Assembly: GCA_000092065.1 (NCBI GenBank)
Contig: CP000594.1
Length of the DNA stretch: 64,000 nucleotides
DNA from: Ostreococcus lucimarinus
Lineage: Eukaryota
Strand: one strand, 5' to 3'
Shown here: positions 10,363 through 20,600 of the stretch, piece after piece
Layout of the letters: each line of letters opens with the position of its first letter
Numbering within the stretch: position 1 is the stretch's first letter
Program-made: the position numbers and the translations under genes
Notes under the pieces: model-generated
Database searches by the model: none
Told to the model about the DNA's origin: nothing
What the model saw: only the letters and a program-made list of their open reading frames with translations

Positions 10363-12097
10363 ATGATGGTGATGATGAAGACTGAAGACTGAAGACTGAC
10401 GCTCGCGAACGAACGCGCGAACGCAGCAACCGCAAATCGTGCTGCTCAGGGAAGGCACGGACACGTCGCAAGGACGCGGACAGTGCGTGTCGAACATAAA
10501 CGCGTGCTGTGCGGTGGCGGATACGGTGCGAACGACGCTTGGACCGCGAGGATTAGATAAACTCGTGCGAGACGCGCGAGGAAACACGACGATTTCCAAC
10601 GACGGCGCGACGATTATGAAACTGTTGGAGATTGTGCATCCGGCGGCGAAAACGCTCGTGGACATCGCGAGAGCGCAGGATAGCGAAGTGGGGGACGGGA
10701 CGACGACGGTGGTGATACTGGCGGGGGAGCTGTTGAAGGAGGCGAAGACGTTCATCGAGGACGGCGTGCACCCGATGAATGTCATCAAGTCGTTTCGAGA
10801 GGCGTGCGATTTGGCGACGGCGCGCGTGCGCGAATTGGCGACGTCCATCGAAGGGAACAGCGCGGAGGAGAAGGATGAACTTTTGAAGAAATGCGCGATG
10901 ACGACGCTGAGCTCCAAACTTGTAGGAGGGGAGAAGGACTTCTTTGCCGACATGTGCGTCAAGGCGGTGCGCTCGCTCGATCAAGACTTGTTGGACCCGA
11001 AGATGATTGGCGTGAAAAAGGTCATGGGCGGAGGGATGACGGATTCGTTCTTGGTGGATGGCGTGGCGTTTAAGAAGACGTTCGCCTACGCCGGCTTCGA
11101 GCAAATGACGAAGAGCTTCAAAAAGCCGAAGATTTTGGCGCTCAACATGGAGCTCGAACTGAAGAGCGAAAAAGACAACGCCGAGGTGCGCCTGAGCGAT
11201 CCGACCAAGTATCAAGAAATCGTTGACGCTGAATGGAACATCATTTACGAGAAGCTCGACAAATGCGTGGCGTCGGGAGCGAACATCATTCTGAGTAGAC
11301 TCGCGATCGGGGACTTGGCGACGCAATATTTCGCCGACCGCGGATTGTTTTGCGCCGGTCGCGTAGACGCGCAGGATTTGGAACGCGTGACGCGCGCCAC
11401 CGGCGCGCCGGTGCAGACCACGGTGAACAACATCACGGACGCCCAGCTCGGATCGTGCGAGTTGTTCGAAGAGATTCAAGTCGGTAACGAACGGTACAAC
11501 ATTTTTAGAGGTTGTCCGCAGGCGAAGACATGCACGCTCATCTTGCGCGGCGGCGCCGAGCAATTCATCGAGGAGGCGGCGCGCTCGCTCAACGACGCCA
11601 TCGAAATTGTTCGCCGCGCGGTGAAGAACGCGGCGATCGTCCCTGGTGGCGGTGCGATCGATATGGAGTTGAGCAAGTACTTGCGCAACCACGCGCGCAC
11701 GGTGGCGGGCAAATCTCAGCTCTTCATCAACGCCTTTGCCAAAGCTTTAGAAATCATCCCGCGACAGCTCTGCGACAATTCCGGGCACGACGCGACCGAC
11801 GTGTTGAACAAGCTCAGACAAAAGCACGCGGGCGATGACGGGGCGAATTTCGGCGTCGATGTCAACGGAGGTGGCATCTGCGACACGCACGAACGCTTCA
11901 TCTGGGAACCGAGCCTGGTGAAAATCAACGCCCTGAACGCCGCCACCGAAGCGACGTGCTTGATTCTCTCCGTGGACGAAACCGTGAGAAACCCGCGAAG
12001 CGAAGGCGCGGATGAAGGCATGGGTGGCGGCGGTGGTCGGGGCATGCCGATGGGAGGTAGAGGAGGTGGTCGCGGCCGGGGTCGCGGCCGACGATAG
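10363..12097 (+). CDS. CCT7: T-complex protein 1 subunit eta (CCT7)
   Basis: join(10363..10368,10427..12097). A 6-nt first coding exon ATGATG with donor |GTGATG and a 58-nt intron (carrying (GAAGACT)3) to acceptor acgcag gives [18 protein letters not shown]. This aligns with metazoan CCT-eta MMPTPVILLKEGTD. Strong body matches ([23 protein letters not shown]) and a C-terminal GRGRGRGRR tail. The track ORF start at 10439 is a GTG. Confidence 0.85.
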
Positions 12098-12145
12098 ATT
12101 TGTTGAATACATACAACCTTAACATTTGTTACACAAACCGCACAA

Positions 12146-14503
12146 CTAGTCGCCGTCGTCGCTACTGAGCTCGCCGCTAAGAATGGAATCGTCGACGTAC
12201 AGATCCGAGGTATCCAACGCGTTGATGTATCTCGCGAGCATCGCCGCGGACTCCTCAGCCTCTTCTAATTCTTCTAAACGCACTTTCGCGTCCTCGTCTT
12301 GAAGATGCGCGTATTTAGGCGCCCAGGGCGAACCGGGTTCGTCGTCAATGGGCGACCCTGGACTCGTCTCGCTCGCCGGTTCGGGCGTCGGCGCGGCAAC
12401 GGATGGCGACTGTGCGGACATCAGAGCGTCTCTCGACAATCGCGACGCTTCGTCCGGCAAGTGCTCGTCCACATGCACGTTTCTCGCGGCGAGAAGGACG
12501 TTGTGTATGAGCATCACCGCCACCGGTTCGAAAATGCCCGACGACGTCAGCGTCGGCGTGCGAACGCCCGTCGTCAAATCCATGATGTCCCTGGGCGTGA
12601 GCACGGCGAATTTCTTCGGCGCAAATTGAGCGGCGGCGTAAGATGCGAGTCCAATCGACGTCGCGGAGGCTAAAGATCCTAGCAACGAAGGTGCGCCTCG
12701 CGACAAGTGCGCGTCGGCGCTTTCGTCGAGTACGTCTTCGTCCGCGGCGCCGCAGCGGCGCGAAAACGGCGCGCCGTCGAGCAACATTCCGAACACTTCT
12801 TCCGCCGTCTCTTCGACATCTCCCGGACTCGATGGTCGCATCGTCGACGCCCATTCTGACGAAGCGAACGCGCACGTCACGGCGTGTCGGGAAACTTCGT
12901 CCGCGTGGCGCGGATACGCCTTGGCTAATCGCGACCGCAGCGTCGCCATGCGAGGATGTCGGCACACGCCGTCCAGAACAATCGTCGACGCCGGTGCGAG
13001 TCGGCCGCGTTGCGCGCGACCGACCAGACGCAGCGTCGCGACTTCAAATGCGCTCAACGACGGGTGCGATGCGACGCGAAGAGCAAACATCGCGTGACCG
13101 GTTGAACGAAATTTCGGAAGCGCGTCGAGCTCGCTCGGATCCGTCGCCGGACACTTTCCGGTGTCCGCGCCGAGGGTCAGCGCGGAGTACAATATATCGA
13201 TCCAATTCGCCCCGCGTCCGACGCCGGTGACTTTTTCGACGACGCGCGACACGCTCCCGCCTCTCGTCTGCAGTCCGCACATCGGATCCCTGAGCAACTT
13301 CCACGCCTCGGCGTGCGGATCCAAGTACGCCGAGCTTCGACACAGCGTCACTCCCAACCGCATGCCGAGTCGAACGCGCTCGCGCGGAGGAAGCGTGGCG
13401 AGGAGTAAGAACGGGCGTATCAAACCGGCGCGGTACGCCTTGTCTCGGTAATCGCTCTCGCGGTCGAGAACGTCAAATATGAACCCCGCGCGCTCGTCCG
13501 CGGCTTCGCGTTTCGCCAGCCGCAAATCCCACCCGCGCGCGATCTCCTCCGCCGACGCCGTCGCCGTCGCCGCGTCGTCCCCGCGGCTCAGCGCGCGCTT
13601 AAACGCCTTCGCCAACGCCCCGATCGTGGGCACGGACACGTGTCCACCGATGTTTATTCTGCGCGTCGTCGTCTCCGCCGCGGCGCACCTCGCGCACGAT
13701 CCCCCACCCGGCCGCGAGCGCTTGCGCATCACCTCCGCGTCCTCGCCGCACCGCTCGCACGCCGCCGTCCCCCCCCCACACACCATGCACTCGTACGCGT
13801 CGCTCCCGCGCGTCCCACGCCTGACGTGCGAACTCTTTTCCCCGCACCACGAGCACCACGCGACGCGTCTCGTCGCCGCCGCGAACGCCTCGCTCGTCGT
13901 CCACGTCTCCACCCATCCCGCGCACTTCGCGCACCTCCCGTCCCCGATCTTCGCGAATCCCTCCGCGCATCGTTCGCACTTGTGCGTCGCCCTCGCGCAC
14001 CGCGCGCAGTGACTCAGATACGTCCCTCTTCTCCCCGTCGCTCGCGTCACTCGATGTCGCGTCTCTTTGCCGCACCACGAGCACCGCCCGCTCGGCGACA
14101 TCCTTCGCGCGACGCTCTCCACCCCGTCCCCGCCCTCCGCGTCCGACCACTTGAATCCATCATTATTTTTCGTCACCGCGCACGCGCACGCCAGGCACGC
14201 GTCGTCGTCCCATCCGTCGCCGCTTCTCGCCATCGCTCGACACGTCGCGAACCGCGCGCACGCCCGCGTCCGTCCCGCGCACGCCCCGCACGCGCGCGGC
14301 GCTCGCGCGGCGCTCGACCGCGTCACCGCCGCGTGCGACGTCTCGTGGAAGCACCACGAGCACCGCGCGATGAGCGCGCGCGTCGCGGCGGGCGTCGGCG
14401 CGTCGCGCGACGTCGAGGCGCCGGACGCGCTCGGCGTCGCGCTTCGCGTCGAGCGCGCGCGCGAGCTCGGCGCGCGGTCGAGCGCGTCGCGCGCGTCGCG
14501 CAT
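12146..14503 (-). CDS. hypothetical protein with three N-terminal CSWC(G)…H…CxxC…CxxC cysteine-rich modules and a C-terminal alpha-helical domain
   Basis: 785 aa, ATG at 14501-14503. Three repeated modules: RCSWCFHETSHAAV…CGAC…CARF, RCSWCGKETRHRVTR…CARCARATHKCERC…CAKCAGW and WCSWCGEKSSHVRRG…CMVCGGGTAACERC. No family recognised. Confidence 0.5.
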   Translation of the reverse strand: MRDARDALDRAPSSRARSTRSATPSASGASTSRDAPTPAATRALIARCSWCFHETSHAAVTRSSAARAPRACGACAGRTRACARFATCRAMARSGDGWDDDACLACACAVTKNNDGFKWSDAEGGDGVESVARRMSPSGRCSWCGKETRHRVTRATGRRGTYLSHCARCARATHKCERCAEGFAKIGDGRCAKCAGWVETWTTSEAFAAATRRVAWCSWCGEKSSHVRRGTRGSDAYECMVCGGGTAACERCGEDAEVMRKRSRPGGGSCARCAAAETTTRRINIGGHVSVPTIGALAKAFKRALSRGDDAATATASAEEIARGWDLRLAKREAADERAGFIFDVLDRESDYRDKAYRAGLIRPFLLLATLPPRERVRLGMRLGVTLCRSSAYLDPHAEAWKLLRDPMCGLQTRGGSVSRVVEKVTGVGRGANWIDILYSALTLGADTGKCPATDPSELDALPKFRSTGHAMFALRVASHPSLSAFEVATLRLVGRAQRGRLAPASTIVLDGVCRHPRMATLRSRLAKAYPRHADEVSRHAVTCAFASSEWASTMRPSSPGDVEETAEEVFGMLLDGAPFSRRCGAADEDVLDESADAHLSRGAPSLLGSLASATSIGLASYAAAQFAPKKFAVLTPRDIMDLTTGVRTPTLTSSGIFEPVAVMLIHNVLLAARNVHVDEHLPDEASRLSRDALMSAQSPSVAAPTPEPASETSPGSPIDDEPGSPWAPKYAHLQDEDAKVRLEELEEAEESAAMLARYINALDTSDLYVDDSILSGELSSDDGD

Positions 14504-14641
14504 CGTCGCGGCGGACCGCCGCGCGACGCGCGCTCGCGACGCGCAGTGACGCGACGATGCGCGACGCTTTGATTGATGCGTGCGATGCGTTGATTCATTT
14601 AATTCATTTAATCGCCGCGCGTGCGTTCGCGTCGACGCGTC

Positions 14642-15478
14642 TCAGCGTCGGGCGCGACGCACGCGATCGCGCATTCTGAACGCGCGGTCGTCCGGCGACG
14701 CGCGCTCGAAGGCGACGTCGCGAGGCGCGTCGACGACGGCGCGGCGGACGCGCTCGGGACGCTCGGGAAGCGGCGGCGCGGGTCTGCGCGCGGCGTCGAC
14801 GTCTAAACCGGCGAGCAAACGCGTGAGCTCTCGCGTGCTCACGGGACGCTCGCCCGGGGCGCGCGTCATGCACACGGCGTCGACGCCGTCGGCGTAGTAA
14901 CCGCGACGCGAGCCGCGCGTCTCGAAGCCGCACTTTTCGTACATGGCCAACGCGGCGACGTTGGTCGCGCGCACCTCCAACGCGGCCGCGTTCGTCGGCT
15001 GCAGACCTAACATGGCTTTTAACACGCGCGCGCCCAGGCCTCGGCGTCGCAGCGATCGCCTGGTCGCGATTTGCGTCACCTGCGTCTCGCCCGCCACGCA
15101 GACGCAAAATCCAATCGCGCCGACGACGCGCGCGTCCGATTCGCTCGCCTCGCCCGCCGCCGGCACCGCCACCAGCGCTCTGTGCGTCTTCGACGTCTCC
15201 GCGTCGACGCTTCGCTCGAGATCGTCTCGCACCGTCGCCTCGCTCCAATCGACGTCGGCGTCCGCGCACAGCGCCGTCGCCGCGTCGAAGTCGCGTCGAC
15301 GCGCCGGTCGAATCGCCCACGCCGCGACGCCTTCGCACAGCGCGTCCGTCGCGCTCGACGACGCGTCGCGAGAAGACGCGTTTCGCGACGCGTCACGTCC
15401 CGTCCGCGTCCGCGTCCGCGTCGCGCCGCGAATCGTCGCGAAACGCGGCGTCGTCGCGCCACATTCTCGAATCTTCAT
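14642..15478 (-). CDS. GNAT-family N-acetyltransferase (RimI/NAT-like)
   Basis: 278 aa from ATG at 15476-15478. Acetyl-CoA motif A (RRRGLGARVL) and the RimI-like motif LEVRATNVAALAMYEKCGFETRGSRRGYYADGVDAVCM. The upstream part of the 647-aa track ORF is low-complexity and rejected. Confidence 0.6.
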   Translation of the reverse strand: MKIRECGATTPRFATIRGATRTRTRTGRDASRNASSRDASSSATDALCEGVAAWAIRPARRRDFDAATALCADADVDWSEATVRDDLERSVDAETSKTHRALVAVPAAGEASESDARVVGAIGFCVCVAGETQVTQIATRRSLRRRGLGARVLKAMLGLQPTNAAALEVRATNVAALAMYEKCGFETRGSRRGYYADGVDAVCMTRAPGERPVSTRELTRLLAGLDVDAARRPAPPLPERPERVRRAVVDAPRDVAFERASPDDRAFRMRDRVRRARR

Positions 15479-15622
15479 TCGTCGCGCGCGCGCGCGCGCG
15501 CGCCGCGTCCGCGTCGCCGGCGCGCGTCCGCGCGCTCGAGCTTCGCAGGTCTCTGTACGCGCGTCCGCGGACGCGCACGAGCGCGCGCTCGTTCGCGGGC
15601 GACGCGATGATGACGACGCGCG

Positions 15623-15937
15623 ATGCGACGCCGGCGATTCGATTCGCGCCGCACAATGCCGCGCGACGACGACGACGACGCGCGACGACGCGCGGACGCG
15701 CGCGCGACGGTGTCCGGCGAGCGACGCGACGGCGCGCGTCGCCGCGCGCGCTCGAGGTCGAGCGAGGGACGACGACGACGGTCGAGGTCGGATTCGCGAC
15801 GACGACGACGACGACGCGACGACGCGAGCGACGACGCGCGCGACGACGACGCGCGCGAGCGACGACGCGCGCGACGGTCTCGGTCTCGGTCTCGGTCGCG
15901 ATCGAGGGACGACGCGCGACGAAGGCGACGACGACGG

Positions 15938-15972
<35 letters not shown>

Positions 15973-17440
15973 GCGCGGGCGGACGCGACGCGCGAGTCGA
16001 GATCGCGAACGACGCGAGGGAAGGACGAGGCGGCGAAGGAGTCGAAGCGAAAGCGCGCGGAACGAACGAAGAGGACGAAGATCGAGAAGCCGGGATCGCG
16101 AGCGACGGCGAGGACGGTCGAGATCGAGGTCGAATTCGAAGACGCGGCGACGCGGCGGACGAGCGAGAGCGTCGCGATGGGACGAGGACGGCGACGAGGA
16201 CGGGGACGGGGAGACGAGGGTGGATTTTGACGACGCGCGAAGGGACGCGGGGAGAGGTGATGAGAAATCGACGCAGTTGAAGACGCAGATCGAGATGATG
16301 CGAGCGCTGAGCTCGACGACGAAGGATGGGGTGAAGCGAGCGATCGAAGAGGCGCGAGAAAAGGCGGCGACGTTGATGGGAGAGGCGGCGCCGGCGCGCG
16401 TCGCGGCGGCGAAGGGTGACGCGAGCGGTGAAAGTGCGAGTGGTGGTGGGGATGCGCGCGCGCCCGTTCGGACGATGGCCGTTAATGTCGCGAAGGCGGC
16501 GCCGAAAAGCGCGCGCGACGACGAAGACGCGGGCGTCGTCGGAGATGGCGCGAATAGTAAAAAGGCGACGTATTGCGTGGAGCACTACGACATGGACGTC
16601 AAGTACGAAGGTTTAATCATCGGTCCGGGAGGCGCTACGATTCGTAAGCTGCAGCAGGACATCGGGACGTCCATCGAGGTCGTACGTGGCGAAGGGAAAT
16701 TACAAATTAAAGGATCCAGAGAGAAAATTGAGTACGCGCGGAAGATGCTCGATGAATTCTTCGAGCAAAAAGGATCGAAGACTGTCAAGGTGAAGTGCAA
16801 GGCACGATCGGGTCTGATCATAGGTAACGCTGGACAAACGATCAAAGCCCTTAAGGAGCAAACTGGCTGTCGTATAGAAGTCATGCGAGACGTCGAAGAG
16901 TGCGTCATCACGGGCCCGGGCGATCGCGTCAAAGTGGCGCAAGCCATCGTGGAGAAAATGATTGCGGATTCCTGGGAAGAAGGTGCCGATGGCGATATTA
17001 CCATCGTCGAGGAAGTGATTCCGTGCGCGTACAAGGCTGGCGCTATCATCGGTCCAAGCGGTGGGACGATTCGGCACATTCGCGAAACGACTGGAGTGGC
17101 GATTGACATCGAGCGCGGCGCGGACGGTTGCAAAGCGAGCGATCAGTGCCGCATAATCGGCACGCCGGCGCAAGTTAAAAAAGCTGTCGAAATTGTTCAT
17201 CAACTCTTGAAGGAGATGAACCAAGCGCAGTTGCAAGCCGCTCCAGTGGTACCGCCAATGTATGCGTACGGATACGGAACGATGCCCAACGCATACGCCG
17301 CCGTTCCGGGAATCCCAGTCAATTCATCGCAGATGCAGCAGATAGATCCGCAGACTGCCGCGTATTACGCGCAATGGCAGGCGTACTATGCGGCTCAGCA
17401 AAATACTGTGATGCCTCCGCACCCACCAGCCGATGGGTGA
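15623..17440 (+). CDS. KH-domain RNA-binding protein (three type-I KH domains) with N-terminal Arg/Ser/Asp-rich (RS-like) region
   Basis: KH GXXG loops: IGPGGATIRKL, IIGNAGQTIKAL, IIGPSGGTIRHI. The C-terminus is Q/Y/A-rich. The N-terminal 200 aa is RSRSRS/RRRRDDDD low complexity encoded by (GAC)n/(CGA)n repeats. The true start may be downstream, e.g. ATG ~16296 (MMRALSS). Confidence 0.6.
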
Positions 17441-17639
17441 CGGCTTGATGAGACTGAATGCGACTAGTTGCATGAGACTCGATCGATGGCTCAACGACTT
17501 AGTGGAAAGCGACGCGATTTGATTTGGAATTGAACTTAAGATCTGCTTACACGTTTGACTCTTTTCAATTTTTCGATTTTTTTGGTTCATCTCTGTTAAC
17601 TGCGCAAGTATAACTTACGGCGGGGGTATTATTTATTGC

Positions 17640-20600
17640 TCAGGCTGGCGTCGGTACGGCCGAAATCCAGCGCGCGTTGGCGAGCTCTGCGAGGTGGTTG
17701 TGAAACGACGTGTCCGCGTAGAGCGGGAAAGAAGGCGACGTCAAGCTCGTGTACTTGAGATCGCCGTCGACGTAGAACTCAATCGCGCCCGCGTCGTTCA
17801 CGATCACTTGGAAAGTCTCACCCGCGACGAAGACGCCGGCATCGAACTTGTTCACGCCCTTCTCTTGGAATCGGACCTGATTGCCGTTGCAGAACACGGC
17901 GTAGTCGATGGTCGTTTGGCTGTGGCCCGAGGGCGTGCTCGACAAGCCAAACTGCAAGTGCCTGTTGTCGGTGCGCATGCAGTCGCCGGAAATGCCGCGA
18001 ATCTCGTCGCCGACTTTCGTGATGGCGCGCGCGCTGTACGCGCCTCTTGCCCAGTTGTTCCCGCCTTGAGTACGTTTGAGGTAGCCCTGTTTGCCGTCCG
18101 TCGTCATGCCCTGCGAAAGTCCGACCCACTCGATGAGATCCAAGTCGTTCGCACCCTCGTGGACAGTCTGTATCCAGGAGACTCGAGAGAAAGACGCGCC
18201 TGCAGTGTTGAAGCGCGCGGTGGCGTAGAGCGGGAAGGCAGGCGCCTCATCAGACGTCGCAAACGCCGCGCCATCCTTGTAGTACGTGACGACGCCCGAG
18301 TCGAGCACGACCACTTGGAACGTCTCACCGACGAAGTAATCGCCAAAGTCGCCGTCGCGCACGACGCCGTGTTCGGAGATGCGGATCACGCCGTTGTCGC
18401 ACACAATGCCGAAGTCGACCACCTCGTCGACGGAGTTCGTCGAGCCAGAGTTCAAGCCAATCATCATGGACTTGTCCGTTTGGTCGCAATCCGCGGAGAC
18501 GCCACGCACTTCGTCGCCGATCTTCGTGATGGCACGTTTGCTCGTGGCGCCGACGTTCCAGCCACTGCCTGCCATTGTGCGCGTCACTTGGCCCGCGGAA
18601 GACTCGACGCCTTCCGCGTCTTCAAACTCCATGGCCGCCAAGTCGTTCGCGCCCTTGACAACCTTGTGAACCCAGCGCGCGTTGGCCAGCTCTGCGAGGT
18701 GGTTGTGAAACGACGTGTCCGCGTAGAGCGGGAAAGAAGGCGACGTCAAGCTCGTGTACTTGAGATCGCCGTCGACGTAGAACTCAATCGCGCCCGCGTC
18801 GTTCACGATCACTTGGAAAGTCTCACCCGCGACGAAGACGCCGGCATCGAACTTGTTCACGCCCTTCTCTTGGAATCGGACCTGATTGCCGTTGCAGAAC
18901 ACGGCGTAGTCGATGGTCGTTTGGCTGTGGCCCGAGGGCGTGCTCGACAAGCCAAACTGCAAGTGCCTGTTGTCGGTGCGCATGCAGTCGCCGGAAATGC
19001 CGCGAATCTCGTCGCCGACTTTCGTGATGGCGCGCGCGCTGTACGCGCCTCTTGCCCAGTTGTTCCCGCCTTGAGTACGTTTGAGGTAGCCCTGTTTGCC
19101 GTCCGTCGTCATGCCCTGCGAAAGTCCGACCCACTCGATGAGATCCAAGTCGTTCGCACCCTCGTGGACAGTCTGTATCCAGGAGACTCGAGAGAAAGAC
19201 GCGCCTGCAGTGTTGAAGCGCGCGGTGGCGTAGAGCGGGAAGGCAGGCGCCTCATCAGACGTCGCAAACGCCGCGCCATCCTTGTAGTACGTGACGACGC
19301 CCGAGTCGAGCACGACCACTTGGAACGTCTCACCGACGAAGTAATCGCCAAAGTCGCCGTCGCGCACGACGCCGTGTTCGGAGATGCGGATCACGCCGTT
19401 GTCGCACACAATGCCGAAGTCGACCACCTCGTCGACGGAGTTCGTCGAGCCAGAGTTCAAGCCAATCATCATGGACTTGTCCGTTTGGTCGCAATCCGCG
19501 GAGACGCCACGCACTTCGTCGCCGATCTTCGTGATGGCACGTTTGCTCGTGGCGCCGACGTTCCAGCCACTGCCTGCCATTGTGCGCGTCACTTGGCCCG
19601 CGGAAGACTCGACGCCTTCCGCGTCTTCAAACTCCATGGCCGCCAAGTCGTTCGCGCCCTTGACAACCTTGTGAACCCAGCGCGCGTTGGCCAGCTCTGC
19701 GAGGTGGTTGTGAAACGACGTGTCCGCGTAGAGCGGGAAAGAAGGCGACGTCAAGCTCGTGTACTTGAGATCGCCGTCGACGTAGAACTCAATCGCGCCC
19801 GCGTCGTTCACGATCACTTGGAAAGTCTCACCCGCGACGAAGACGCCGGCATCGAACTTGTTCACGCCCTTCTCTTGGAATCGGACCTGATTGCCGTTGC
19901 AGAACACGGCGTAGTCGATGGTCGTTTGGCTGTGGCCCGAGGGCGTGCTCGACAAGCCAAACTGCAAGTGCCTGTTGTCGGTGCGCATGCAGTCGCCGGA
20001 AATGCCGCGAACCTCGTCGCCGACTTTCGTGATGGCGCGCGCGCTGTACGCACCTCTTGCCCAGTTGTTCCCGCCTTGAGTACGTTTGAGGTAGCCCTGT
20101 TTGCCGTCCGTCGTCATGCCCTGCGAAAGTCCGACCCACTCGATGAGATCGAGATCCCGTGAACCTTTATGAACAACTTTTATCCACTTCACATTTTCGA
20201 GGTGTCCTCCACCTTCATCAACGTATCCATCGGCAAACAATGGGAAGATCGGTTCTCTGCTACTATTGTAGACAGAATGTCCTTCTTTATAATAGTGAAC
20301 GATACCCTCGTCATTAAATGCGACCTGGAACGTTTCTCCCGCGAGGTATGTTCCGATCGTGGCCATAAGCTCACCGTCTTCGTAAACTTCCATTGTTCCG
20401 GCATTGCAACCAACGGCATACTCAATAGCATCGCCATCCGAGGGTGTGTAATGAGCGCTGCTCAAACCGAATATCATTTTCGTTGTTGTGTCACTGCAAT
20501 CCGCAGAAATACCGCGAACTTCGTCATAAATTTTAGTTACGGCGCGTTTACTTGTCGAGCGCACAATGTCCATTTTTTCAGGTGTAACCGGCAAGTACAC

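Noticed and set aside
13640-14572. 310-aa Arg-rich plus-strand ORF, and other ORFs antisense to the CSWCG-repeat gene
   Set aside because: Antisense to a long ORF with a structured repeat architecture. Pure Arg/Pro/Ala composition.
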